In this document: piece after piece, positions 38,301-50,297 of the stretch
Position numbering within the stretch: the first letter of the stretch is position 1
How the letters are laid out: every line of letters begins with the position of its first letter
Assembly (NCBI RefSeq): GCF_003918875.1
Contig: NW_025767202.1
Coordinates: forward strand, 2,170,001 to 2,234,000
Reading direction: 5' to 3'
Source: Haliotis rubra
Lineage: Eukaryota
DNA length: 64,000 bases
The notes under the pieces: generated by a model
What the model was told of the DNA's origin: nothing
Databases searched by the model: none
The model's input: the letters and a program-made list of their open reading frames with translations, nothing else
Translations under genes and position numbers: made by a program

Positions 38301-41300
38301 GTGCCTGAACGTTACTAGCCCACAAAATAATTCGCTAGCCCGAAATTTGAATGTAGAAACTAAGCAAAAGAATACAAAAATAGATGAGAATAAGATATTG
38401 TCGGCATGACACGGGTTTCATCATTAAGCTGCTAATATGATGAACATTTTAACAGGCCATAATCTTGAATGATTTAAAAGTCGGGGAGAGTGATATAATT
38501 ACAAAATGACCCATGAAAATCACTAGCCAGTCAAGCCACTGACTGTTGAGATTTACTGACCCGACTGTATTTTTACTAGCTACGGGCTAGCGGGCCAGTG
38601 GCTATTTCGCACACTGCTATCGTGTCACGCTAAGCATGACCTCGAATTGTTTGAACTGTGAAATTTGTATGTTTGCATGTACACGTGAGACGACACTGTG
38701 AACAATATCAGCAAAAGCTCGGAAACTCAGCACAACGCCAGAGAATAAGCAGTCTTGAGGGTATGCTGGTACACGGCGTTGAGCGAGTGGGGAAACGTAT
38801 ATAACAGGGTCACGTGGACCACTCGACATACTCTCAGTTCGAGATAATCTGGCTGTCACACCAGTCTGAATGTGTTAAGGGATTGTTCCATGTTTCTCTG
38901 TATGTGTGTTTCAGTGTTCCAATTTGAAAACAAAGCGTCACCATTCTGTAATAAGTCATGTCGGTTACTCTGTGTATGATCTTTCAAACAAAAGTGTGTC
39001 TAGGAAGAAGTTGCGTGACAGGTTTTATTCGAGGAAACGACGTCTTTAGATATCAGTTACAGGCAAATAGCCGCTACACAAAGGGAAGGGGGTCCGGGAG
39101 GTGTAGGGTGGTAGACATACACGTGGTCTTCGTGGTAGCTGAATAATCCTCAGGAATATTCAGGGTCATATTCCCCATAAAGTCACGTAAAGTAAAAAAT
39201 ATGTATACTTGTACCTTGACTTCCACGTTTATTTGTACGTTTATTGATACGATTACTTGTACGTTTATTGATACGATTACTTGTACGTTTATTTGTACGT
39301 TTATTGATACAATTACTTGAACGTTTACCTGTACGTTTATTGATACGATTACTTGTACGTTTATTGATACGATTACTTGTACGTTTATTGATACAATTAC
39401 TTGAACGTTTACCTGTACGTTTATTGATACTATTACTTGTACGTTTATTTATACGATTACTTGCACGTTTACTTGTACGTTTATTGATACGATTACTTGT
39501 ACGTTTATTTGTACGTTTATTGATACAATTACTTGAACGTTTACCTGTACGTTTATTGATACGATTTGTACGTTTATTTATACGATTACTTGTACATTTA
39601 TTTATACTATATTTATACGATTACCTGTTTACTTGTACGATTACGTACGATTACTTGTACGATTACTTGATACAATTACTTGTACGTTTACCTGTACGTT
39701 TACTTGTACGACCTTGTACCTTACGTACGATTACTTGTACATTTATTTATACAATTACTTGTACGTTTACTTGTACCATTACTTGTACGCTTACCTGTAC
39801 CGTTACGTGCAATTTTACCTGTACCTTCACTTGTATGTTTGCTTATTTGGTTAATGTTCAAGTACTTGTATCTTTACTTTCAAGTTTACTTGTATATTTG
39901 TTTACTTGTCCCTGTACTTAAATGTGTACTAATCTTTGCATGTTTTACCGGTACGGTTACTTGTACGCTTACTGGACTGCACGTTTTCTTGCATGTTTTC
40001 TCATACATACCTTTAACTATGCGTTTACTTGAATACTACCTGACACTGAATATGCTGTAGGGTTATCATTAAGCGCTTTGAAGAAAATCGTCTTAACTGC
40101 CTGTCGCGCCCAACATGACTCGGCACATATGTTCACGTTGTGCTCCACCGGTCGAGACGCTCAGCTCGAGAAAAAGTACACTGTTTTGTTATAACACTAA
40201 AGGCGTGTTCGGTGTCCCCGAATCAATCATTACTGGAGCGAGGCGAGGTAACAACTTACCTAAGAAACCACACTTAAGGTGACCGCGTCTGAACAAACTT
40301 TATTTTTTTTATAGAATACACCATTGATATATGTTTTGCTCCCCTGTGTATATGTTTTACATCGTGGGCCATACCGACAGGTCAGCACAATCAACGTGCA
40401 GGGAAAACCTAATGTATCTAGATCATACTCTTGTAATATTTACAAGTTTATGGAGGTGCCTCTGTATACATGATAGTGAGTCGGGGTGAATTTGCTGTGT
40501 GTGGAGGGCGGAAATGGGCGTTGTTGTCAGGATTCTTTATCTCTTGTCATATGCATCTTCAAACCGACATTCTGTAAATATAGATACAGAAAAACCTTCT
40601 TGATCCGGATTCTGTTCTTCTGGAAGCCCTATTTCTAGATGATTACTATATGGGGATCGATTTGAGAAAGGTGCAAGCCAAATATATTGTATATATATAC
40701 TCATGCCAATAATGGTTGTCACCCCTTCAATTTTTTATTGGAGAGGGATGTGGGTTAGGATGTGGGGTGTGTGGGGGTTGGGGTGGGGAGGGGGTGACAA
40801 CCATTATTGGCATGAGTATATTTTAAACATGTTCATCGAAATGTTTTCCATGGCTGCTAATGAATGCGAAATATGATACATTGGCTTGCATCGTCATCAG
40901 GTTACGGGCCCGTGTACGTAATATTCATTGCCACCTCTTCAGTACGATACATCGGTGGGTAAATGCCATACAAGATGTTTCTGATGATATTAGCAGTGTA
41001 TTGCTAATGATTCATGTTTGTTCGGTAACTCATGGATCATATCAACAATCTCCATACAACATAATGGTCTACATCACCATTTATATTGTGATAAAATCAG
41101 CACTTCCTTAATTTTGTCTGATCTGTTGTGTCATCTTGTCAGTGTCAGTGACTGTTGTGTCATCTTGTCAGTGACTGTTGTGTCATCGTGTCAGTGTCAG
41201 TGACTGTTGTGTCATCTTGTCAGTGACTGTTGTGTCATCTTGTCAGTGACTGTTGTGTCATCGTGTCAGTGACTGTTATGTCATCTTGTCAGTGACTGTT

Positions 41301-42918
41301 GTGTCATCGTGTCAGTGTCAGTGACTGTTGTGTCATCTTGTCAGTGTCTGTTATGTCATCGTGTCAGTGTCAGTGACTGTTGTGTCATCTTGTCAGTGAC
41401 TGTTGTGTCATCTTGTCAGTGACTGTTGTGTCATCTTGTCAGTGACTGTTTGTGTCATCTTGTCAGTGACTGTTGTGTCATCTTGTCAGTGACTGTTGTG
41501 TCATCTTGTCAGTGACTGTTGTGTCATCTTGTCAGTGACTGTTGTCATCTTGTCAGTGACTGTTGTGTCATCTTGTCAGTGACTGTTCATCTTGTGACTG
41601 TTGTGAATCATGTCATCTTGTCAGTGACTGTTGTGTCATCTTGTCAGTGGCTGTTATGTCATCGTGTCAGTGTCAGTGACTGTTGTGTCATCTTGTCAGT
41701 GACTGTTGTGTCATCGTGTCAGTGTCAGTGACTGTTGTGTCATCTTGTCAGTGACTGTTGTGTCATCTTGTCAGTGTCAGTGACTGTTGTGTCATCTTGT
41801 CAGTGACTGTTGTGTCATCTTGTCAGTGGCTGTTATGTCATCGTGTCAGTGTCAGTGACTGTTGTGTCATCTTGTCAGTGACTGTTGTGTCATCTTGTCA
41901 GTGACTGTTGTGTCATCGTCAGTGACTGTTATGTCATCTTGTCAGTGACTTTGACTGTTGTGTCATCTTGTCAGTGACTGTTGTGTCATCTTGTCTGTTA
42001 TGTCAGTGACTGTTGTGGACTGTTGTATCTCTTGTCAGTGTCAGTGACTGTTGTGTCATCTTGTCAGTGACTGTTGTGTCATCGTGTCAGTGTCAGTGAC
42101 TGTTGTGTCATCTTGTCAGTGACTGTTATGTCATCTTGTCAGTGACTGTTATGTCATCTTGTCAGTGACTGTTGTGTCATCTGTCAGTGACTGTTGTCTC
42201 ATCGTGTCAGTGACTGTTATGTCATCTTGTCATTGACTGTTGTGTCATCTTGTCAGTGACTGTTATGTCGTCTTGTTAGTGACTGTGTATCACGGGCCTG
42301 ACTAGCTAGGCGTACAGTTGTGGCAGTTATGTACATATATGTAGGGTCCCAATGTACCGGAACAAGAATAGTAATGTTACTTACATCACATGAAATGTTT
42401 AAACTAAACTAGTTCTGGATCACTAGCCAGGTGAGCTATACCTCGCCACCCCTCCTTGGAACAACATTATTTAAAAGATGTTGAGCAAATCAAGAGTTCT
42501 ACATTGTCTGTGTATGGATCGCTTAGTGTCACCAGACAGGCTTTTGGTAGTAGGATTGGATCTTCCTACGTCTCGTTGATTCATATTATACACGACGATT
42601 CAGGTAGCATATAAACCGGCACCTCGTTATCGCATTAAAGCCCAACAAAGTTCTTCTACAACCTTATCAACCAGTTATAAATGGCATCAGCTGAATTTCA
42701 ATACAGCACTGATTTGTTGAATCCGGTAAACAGGTACCTTATGCAATGTATATAGACGCTACTTAGCTCTCACACGTAGCGCAGTGTTGTCCTAAAATAG
42801 CACCCCCAACAATATTGACAATATAAACGCACGTACCTTGAGGAATGGCCGGCTCGGATGTATACACGTAACATAACAGAGACAGATAGATACACAGTGA
42901 ACGGAGATCCCCCGCCAT
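34854..42918 (-). CDS. Type I membrane protein: signal peptide-CUB(partial)-LDLa-TM-cytoplasmic PY-like motifs (LDLRAD/LRP12/NETO-like); possibly disrupted
   Basis: Exons 42918-42837 (signal peptide), 38096-37862 (first half of CUB), remnant ending 36647, 36222-35984 (LDLa+TM), 35312-34854 (tail); the exon for the second half of CUB is not found. Confidence 0.7.
35984..36222 (-). CDS. CUB-LDLa receptor LDLa + transmembrane exon
   Basis: gatcag|[60 protein letters not shown]|gt. Confidence 0.88.
37862..38096 (-). CDS. CUB domain exon (N-terminal half)
   Basis: ctcag|AMDERCG..YQPHMDCDLTLQARPGHRIMLRF..CEDFVVI|gtgagt. Confidence 0.78.
38253..38616. mobile_element. hAT-type MITE
   Basis: TIR cagtgtgccaaatag / ctatttcgcacactg; 8-bp TSD ctgtcgtg / ctatcgtg (1 mismatch). 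Confidence 0.85.
39225..39965. repeat. Degenerate 12/24-bp tandem repeat
   Basis: Alternating tacttgtacgtt / tattgatacgat units decaying rightwards. Confidence 0.9.
40695..40821. repeat. 31-bp perfect inverted repeat enclosing a G-tract spacer
   Basis: atatactcatgccaataatggttgtcacccc (40695-40725) and its reverse complement (40791-40821). Confidence 0.9.
41122..42292. repeat. 24-bp (and 30-bp variant) tandem minisatellite
   Basis: Unit ctgttgtgtcatcttgtcagtga with an optional extra gtcagt. Confidence 0.95.
42837..42918 (-). CDS. Signal-peptide exon of the CUB-LDLa receptor
   Basis: MAGDLRSLCIYLSLLCYVYTSEPAIPQ|gtacgt; phase 1 matches the CUB exon. Confidence 0.6.
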
Positions 42919-43524
42919 CTTGTGTATGTCAGGTTCCGGGACGGACGACCAGCCATGCATGATGTAAGGGTGTGCGTGATGCGTGAGGCCCTTTATGTCA
43001 CGTTGACTTCACATTGACAACATGGTATGGCGGGCATTGGAGCAGCGAATGTATGGGTAGCATGTTGTTGTTATTGTTGTTCAAAATTACCATCTAGTCA
43101 GACCGGCTTTGTAAAGCCGAGCATATTCATGCTTTAAGAATACGCCACGAAACGGGTCTCCGAATGTGTGCTTTCAACAGGGCGAAGCCTTCCCTACACC
43201 ACTCGTTGACGAGATGTATATTACAGGAACATATGTGACAAGAACAGAATGTTATTCTGGTTGTTGAAATTGTTGAACATGATTTTACGGAACTACTGTA
43301 TTAGATTGGTAGATACGTACCTCGTTTTATACATATTCACGTTATAGGTCAACCTTTGATTGATTCTTTGTACCCGACCTGTTTAACAAGTACCAAACAG
43401 GGAAATACCTTCATTGTATCCCAGTTTCCCTGTTTGCTTGTGTGAGAGGATACCTCGTAAGATGCTTGTGTGAGATGTCCGTGTATGATGCTCGTATATA
43501 ATGGTTGTGAGTTATCCCTCGTGA

Positions 43525-45420
43525 AGATGGTTGTGTGTGTTGTTTGTTAGTGATGGTTGTGTGTGTTGTTTGTTAGTGATGATTGTGAGTGATGGTTGTG
43601 TGTTGTTTGTTAGTGATGATTGCGAGTGATGGTTGTGTGTTGTTTGTTAGTGATGGTTGTGTGTGTTGTTTGTGAGTGATGATTGTGTGTGTTGTTTGTT
43701 GTGAGTGATGATTGTGTGTTGTTTGTTAGTGATGGTTGTGTGTGTTGTTTGTGAGTGATGATTGTGTGTGTTGTTTGTTAGTGATGGTTGTGTGTTGTTT
43801 GTTAGTGATGGTTGTGTGTGTTGTTTGTTAGTGATGGTTGTGTGTGTCTCTTTGTTAGTGATGGTTGTGTGTGTCTTTGTTAGTGATGGTTGTGTGTGTC
43901 TTTGTTAGTGATGGTTGTGTGTGTTGTTTGTTAGTGATGGTTATATGTGTTGTTTGTTAGTGATGGTTGTGTGTGTCTTTGTGAGTGATGGTTGTGTGTG
44001 TTGTTTGTTAGTGATAGTTGTGTGTGTCTTTGTGGAGTGATGGTTGTGTGTGTTGTTTGTTAGTGATGGTTGTGTGTGTCTTTTGTTAGTGATGGTTGTT
44101 TGTGTTGTTTGTTAGTGATGGTTGTGTGTGTTGTTTGTTAGTGATGGTTGTGTGTGTCTCTTTGTTAGTGATGGTTGTGTGTGTCTTTGTTAGTGATGGT
44201 TGTGTGTGTCTCTTTGTTAGTGATGGTTATGTGTGTTGTTTGTTAGTGATGGTTGTGTGTCTCTTTGTGAGTGATGGTTGTGTGTGTTGTTTGTTAGTGA
44301 TGGTTATGTGTTGTTTGTTAGTGATGGCTGTGTGTGTCTTTGTGTGAGTGATGGTTGTGTGTGTTGTTTGTTAGTGATGGTTGTGTGTGTCTTTGTTAGT
44401 GATGGTTGTGTGTGTCTTTGTTAGTGATGGTTGTGTGTGTGTCTCTTGTTAGTGATGGTTGTGTGTGTCTTTGTTAGTGATGGTTGTGTGTGTTGTTTGT
44501 TAGTGATGGTTGTGTGTGTCTCTTTGTGAGTGATGGTTGTGTGTTGTTTGTTAGTGATGGTTGTGTGTTGTTTGTTAGTGATGGTTGTGTGTGTTGTTTG
44601 TGTGTGTGTCTTGTTAGTGATGGTTGTGTGTGTCTTGTTAGTGATGGTTGTGTGTCTCTTTGTTAGTGATGGTTGTGTGTGTGTCTTTGTTAGTGATGGT
44701 TGCGTGTGTGTGGTTTGTGAGTGATGGTTGTGTGTGTTGTTTGTTAGTGATGGTTGTGTGTGTTGTTTGTTAGTGATGGTTGTGTGTGCTGTTTGTTAGT
44801 GATGGTTGTGTGTGTTGTTTGTTAGTGATGGTTGTGTGTGTCTCTTTGTTAGTGATGGTTGTGTGTGTTGTTTTGTGAGTGATGATTGTGTGTGTTGTTT
44901 GTTAGTGATGGTTGTGTGTGTCTTTGTTAGTGATGGTTGTGTGTGTGTTGTTCTGAGTGATGATTGATTGTGTGTGTTGTTTTGTTAGTGACGATTGTGT
45001 GTGTTGTTTGTTAGTGATGGTTGTGTGTGTTGTTTGTGAGTGATGATTGTTAGTGATGGTTGTGTGTGTCTTTGTTAGTGATGGTTGTGGTTTTGTCTCT
45101 TTGTTAGTGATGGTTGTGTGTGTCTTTGTTAGTGATGGCTGTGAGTGATGGTTGTGTGTGTTGTTTGTTAATGATGGTTGTGTGTGATGATTTTGACCGA
45201 TGGTTGTGCGCGATGGTTGCGATTGATGGTTGTGATGGTCATGAATGATGGTTGTGAATGATGGTCGTAAATGTGGTTGTGAGCGATGGTGGTAAGTTTT
45301 GGTTGGTTGTAAATGATGGGTTGTAAAATGATGTTGGTTGTGATGGTGGTAGTGATGGTTGCGATGGTTGTCAGTGATCCTTGTGAGTGATGGTTGTTTG
45401 TGGTGGTTGTGGTGGTCCTC
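43525..45420. repeat. GT-rich ~27-29-bp minisatellite
   Basis: Unit gttagtgatggttgtgtgtgttgttt and variants. Confidence 0.95.
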
Positions 45421-46487
45421 GTAACCCTCCATTCTTAAAAATAATGTGCCTCGGCCCCTCTGGGACCTAGGCTCCATTATTATTCAGAAATGGAGAGTTA
45501 CTCGGAGATTACCCTCTACATAACTGTTAGTGTTGTAATCAGCTGTTGAAATATAATGCATCCCATACCATGCGTTTACAAAGTCATAATCTTGTGCACG
45601 ACTATACGATGTCTGTGTTCTACGTCCGTGTATAGTCTACCATGGAAACCCTGAAACTAATATACCCAATGTAGCCTATAACAGTCAAGACTATAGGTGG
45701 CAAGTATAGAATACCACAGTTTCAGGCTGAAATGAAGAACGTCTCTGGATACCTTGTATTATAATTTTCATGAAAATAAATTCGAAATTGTTTCTTTTTC
45801 TTTACAATGTGTTCATTTGAGAGGCTAGATGTTAGTCTAGTCGCTGCTGTATTGTAGTATATCCACAGACGTCATACCAGGCAAAGGCGTAGATAAACAC
45901 TACTACTGGGAGACCCCGAATCCCGGGTGTACTCTGTGTAATCACACATCCTTGCTAATTCATCCGTGAGTCTATTCAGTGCACGGTCCCGCCCAAACAC
46001 TTAAAGCATATCGTATTAAGATGCATTTACATAAACATTTTCACAGTAAGCAACAATTTTATGAGACCAGTTTTACGAGTTTGCAAGATGGAGATGAATT
46101 TGAATGTGAATTCAGGGACGTTTTGTACAATAAATGCGTTTCAGATATTTGAATAAAAATCCCACATGCAATTCATCTTAACACCGTCATACCCTTCTAC
46201 TTACATATTAATGCACAAAGCATCACTATAACTGATATGTTTCGAGCAATATCACCAGCTAAGATAAAAGCTGAACCATCGAGACTTGGCATAATCCGTG
46301 TTCAGGGTTTCGGGAAGATAGTACCCCCATCTTTAGCATACTTACCAAAACGATCGGAAGTCCGTATGATTTGGAGGGTGACTGCCAATGGCTGAACGAC
46401 ATCATAATGAAGTTTTTACTCAAACCATGAGCCATGTGTGGGACCTTTCTCTTCATGTTGAAATATAATTGTATCAGACTGTTTCAA

Positions 46488-46732
46488 ATTGCTGCCACCG
46501 AGATAACGGAACAATGTGGGACATGTGCCATATGCTTGCAAGTTTATGAAGGTTTATGCTAGCTCGCCTGTTTCCATACTGTTTCTCGGAAATGTATTAT
46601 GAGCTGTACCAAATCACGGCGTGAAGCCATCAGCACCAAGCTTCTAACCTGCCCATTGTGCCACACTGCGAGTCCAGTGGAGGAGTCGGCGGACGAACCC
46701 ACCTTTGTACTTCAGGACCTCGTGGACCAAAG
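46488..46732 (+). pseudogene. Decayed RING-finger exon of the TRIM-like gene
   Basis: (ATT)AATEITEQCGTCAICLQVYEGLC*LACFHTVSRKC..LTCPLC|gtaagg; ATT where ATG is expected, TAG at 46560, fifth Zn ligand C>S. Confidence 0.8.
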
Positions 46733-47164
46733 GTAAGGGACCGTTAATAATTTATGGGGTGTGGGGGTGGGGGTGATGATTTTTATTGAGAAGCATATAC
46801 ACATGTACTAGGGGTTGTCAGCAATTGTTTACATAAAAATATTAAAAACGTATGCTTAAAAATTATGAGCAGGGTGTGTGTGTGTGTGTGTAGATTGTTT
46901 TGTAAACTGGATGATAAAAAGTTTAAATTTCAACGTCACATCGGCAGAAGTTGAGATGACATAAGAGTAGGTATCATCCTATGTATTGACAATTCCAGGC
47001 CATAAAAGCCGACAGGACCGACCTAAGATCACAGGGGAAGCAAAGGGTATCTCTTTCATCCATTGTGGCGTACTGTTGATGGCATCTTAAAACGCTTATT
47101 CCTGTCTGTAAGTATCATATTCACACATAGCGAGTGGTGAGTGATTGAAGGTGACCTTAGAGAT

Positions 47165-47329
47165 TTTTCTGGGTTTCATCTTCTTTGTATTGTTTGGTAG
47201 AACGTTTCAGGGCTTGTTCTGGCCCCATCATCAGGTAGAACTGAAGTACAGTGTTCCACCTGATGATGGGGCCAGGACAAGCCCTGAAACGTTTTACCAA
47301 ACAATACAAAGAAGATGAAACCCAGAAAA
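47165..47329. mobile_element. 77-bp inverted repeat resembling a Penelope-like pseudo-LTR, with hammerhead-like core
   Basis: Arms 47165-47241 and 47253-47329 (3 mismatches, 11-nt loop); CTGATGA 47260-47266 ... GAAACG 47286-47291. Confidence 0.6.
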
Positions 47330-47759
47330 GTGTCTATGTTCAACAAATAGCATCTTCTAGATATTGTGTGGTAAGTGTATTGAGTATCTCTGATCCCTGC
47401 TAATGGTGGTTGTGTGTATCTTAATTAGGTCTTTTTAACGGTGATTCATACCTACTGAATGTCGCCCTGTTCAACACATACCATACCTCTAATGCAGAAG
47501 GACTGACATCATTTGACACCATTCTCGGATAGCAGTAGGGGTTGACACGCGGTGCAAATGGCATGCGGCATTGTCACAAATCAAACGCAAACGCATGCCG
47601 GGCACTTTTGACTTATAATACAATGATATTTTGATAGTATCATGTCATGCAACCTAAGCGTACACAGTGTGAATCATATTTCATTTTGGAGTGGTTTACA
47701 TATTAAATGCAATCATACACAGAAACCAACGCAACTTCTGCCTTTCAGACACACAGTAA

Positions 47760-49904
47760 AGACACAAGGGAGAAACCCCAGGACCTGAGGCGGCTCCAGG
47801 GAGACGTAGGAAGATCAGTTGCGACCAACACAAGGAGGAGACTGTGACATTCACTTGTTCAGATTGCAGGACAACAGTTTGTCAAACATGCTGCATGGCC
47901 CACCACAGTAAATGTGTCTCAGTCGTCAGCACAGAGTCCCAGATGTGCACAGTGAAGTCACAACTGAGAAGGATGAAAGAAAATATATTACAAAGACAAG
48001 AAGAAATAAAGGAAAACTTGGGAAAAAAGAAGTCCAAAGCAAATGAAGAGACTGCGAGGTATTTACAACTTGAATCAGACATTCGGGCATTAAGTCACAA
48101 AGCAGTAGAAATGATCAAAAGCAAAGAAAATATACTCGTTAAGGAACTAAAATCAATATCTGAAAAACATGTTAGACAATTACAAGCTGATATATCATCG
48201 GATGAGACGTCAGTGGCAAGGTGCCAGCAACAGGTTGAGCGGATAGACCAAGTCTTACAGTCTGAGAGTGACATGGATGTGTGTACGTTGTATCAGGATT
48301 GTGAGGCCGATGATGCTGTTGCAGATGCAGATCTGAGGGACGAGGACAGAATAGCCAAGATTACACTGAGACTGGACACGGGTCAGCTGTTTAAAGCACT
48401 GGTCGCTCTACAGCTGGGTGAGATAGACGTCCTTTATGAGAGGATGCTGGACCTGAAGGCTGGTGCTGAAACACAGGGCACCAGTCACGTGTTGGAGCTG
48501 AAGGCTGGTGCTGAAACACAGGGCACACCTCACACGTTGAACCTGAAGGCTGGTGCTGAAACACAGGGCACACCTCACACGTTGAACCTGAAGGCTGGTG
48601 CTGAAACACAGGGCACCAGTCACGTGTTGGAGCTGAAGGCTGGTGCTGAAACACAGGGCACACCTCTCACGTTGAACCTGAAGGCTGGTGCTGAAACACA
48701 GGGCACACCTCACACGCTGAACCTGAAGGCTTGTGCTGAAACACAGGGCACACCTCACACGTTGAGCCTGAAGGCTTGTGCTGAAACACAGGGCACCAGT
48801 CACGTGTTTGACCTGAAGGCTGGTGCTGAAACACAGGGCACACCTCTCACGTTGAACATGAAGGCTGGTGCTGAAACACAGGGCACACCTCACACGTTGA
48901 ACCTGAAGGCTGGTGCTGAAACACAGGGCACACCTCTCACGTTGAACCTGAAGGCTGGTGCTGAAACACAGGGCACACCTCACACGTTGAACCTGAAGGC
49001 TCGTCCTGAAACACAGGGCACCAGTCACGTGTTGGACCTGAAGGCTACTTCTGAAGTACAGGGCTCTAGTAACGTACTGGACCTGAAGGCTACTCCTGTG
49101 CTACTGGAAACCATCAACGTCAGAACAGCGGAGGATAGAAATAAAGCCCTACTCATAGACGTGATAGTGATGATTGTAAATGACACTGACATTGTGATCA
49201 TTACAGACTACAGCAACAAGAATGTCAAGTCCTTCTACAACAGAAACGACAAGCCCTGTTACAATAGGCTTAGCCTGGATAGTGACCCCTGGAGTCTGAC
49301 TCAGCTGACGTCCAACCAGATAGCTGTGACTGTCCCGAAAATCAAACAGATTGTAATAGCAGACGCGAGTCCAGACATGGCGCGGCTGTCAACCATCTCA
49401 ACAAGCAAACAGTACCGGGGTATAACTGCTCTCACGTCATCAACAGTAGCAGTGAGCACCACGTCGCCACCCGGCGTTGACGTCCTCGATAGTGAAGGGA
49501 ACGTGTTGAGGTCAACCAGCCTAATGCACCATAGTCCGAGCATCTTGAAGTACCCGTATTTCCTCTCCCTTACAAACACAGGAAACATTTTGGTGTCTGA
49601 CTCTGGAACCAAATATGTCTTGTGTCTGAAACCCGACGGAGATATCGTGTTCACCTCCATCCCGACTGGAGACAGCTCACGTCATGGTCCCCAAGGTGTC
49701 ACCACCACCATTACTGGTGATATCCTGGTGACGTACTTTGATCTCAACAGCGTTGTCCATCTGACCGAGACGGGCCAGTTTGTGAAGACGTTACTCACAG
49801 AACGACACGACATTGACAAACCACGCGGGCTTTGTGTAGGTGGTCAAGGTCGTGTGTATATTTGTAACTCGTTTAAAGGTCAGATCAAGGTGTTTAAGTG
49901 TTAG
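47760..49904 (+). CDS. TRIM-like B-box / coiled-coil / repeat linker / NHL-like beta-propeller ORF (RING-less gene or young pseudogene)
   Basis: Open from 47760: CDQHKEETVTFTCSDCRTTVCQTCCMAHHSKC (B-box), coiled coil, then YPYFLSLTNTGNILVSD, GPQGVTTTITGDILVT, KPRGLCV blades; acceptor at 47748 is out of frame with the RING exon. Confidence 0.82.
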   Translation, partial: RHKGETPGPEAAPGRRRKISCDQHKEETVTFTCSDCRTTVCQTCCMAHHSKCVSVVSTESQMCTVKSQLRRMKENILQRQEEIKENLGKKKSKANEETARYLQLESDIRALSHKAVEMIKSKENILVKELKSISEKHVRQLQADISSDETSVARCQQQVERIDQVLQSESDMDVCTLYQDCEADDAVADADLRDEDRIAKITLRLDTGQLFKALVALQLGEIDVLYERMLDLKAGAETQGTSHVLELKAGAETQGTPHTLNLKAGAETQGTPHTLNLKAGAETQGTSHVLELKAGAETQGTPLTLNLKAGAETQGTPHTLNLKACAETQGTPHTLSLKACAETQGTSHVFDLKAGAETQGTPLTLNMKAGAETQGTPHTLNLKAGAETQGTPLTLNLKAGAETQGTPHTLNLKARPETQGTSHVLDLKATSEVQGSSNVLDLKATPVLLETINVRTAEDRNKALLIDVIVMIVNDTDIVIITDYSNKNVKSFYNRNDKPCYNRLSLDSDPWSLTQLTSNQIAVTVPKIKQIVIADASPDMARLSTISTSKQYRGITALTSSTVAVSTTSPPGVDVLDSEGNVLRSTSLMHHSPSILKYPYFLSLTNTGNILVSDSGTKYVLCLKPDGDIVFTSIPTGDSSRHGPQGVTTTITGDILVTYFDLNSVVHLTETGQFVKTLLTERHDIDKPRGLCVGGQGRVYICNSFKGQIKVFKC
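48447..49097 (+). repeat. In-frame 45-bp (15-aa) coding repeat, 14 copies
   Basis: L[DEN]LKAGAETQGT[PS][HL][TV] from 48447 to 49076, plus a partial unit. Confidence 0.96.
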
Positions 49905-50008
49905 AATATAAAAAAAAGATTTACAAACACTTTTATCATTTGACAAATCGTTCACTCTTTCAGCGAGTGGCAGAACAAATTCAAAAGTAATATAATACAT
50001 ACAGTCAC

Positions 50009-50297
50009 TGTGATTATAGCAATAAAGAGAGAAAAATGGTGGTAATATTCACCCCTCAGTAACAGTAATCCAGCCTGGAAGAAAGGGCAAGGCAGAGACT
50101 ATCCAGGGTATATATACTAGTAATCATCACATACAATGCTTGTCTTCTGTTGTGAGCCGAGAGGCAAGAGCCAGCTTCCCGTATATACACCAGATGCTAG
50201 AGATTTCTACATACACGCAGAATATTCTGGAATAAGCTCCTTGCAACACTTTCCAGATCATTCCGTCTGAAGTTAGTACAAGTGTTAGTATAGCACA
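50009..50297 (-). mobile_element. Possible LTR remnant
   Basis: tgtgattata / tatagcaca inverted ends, adjacent minus-strand purine run (aggggca), motifs shared with 12353-12744. Confidence 0.3.

Noticed and set aside
39244-40060. 225-aa Leu/Arg-rich ORF
   Set aside because: Translation of a 12/24-bp intronic repeat
44096-45477. His/Thr-rich and Val/Cys-rich ORFs
   Set aside because: GT-rich minisatellite translations
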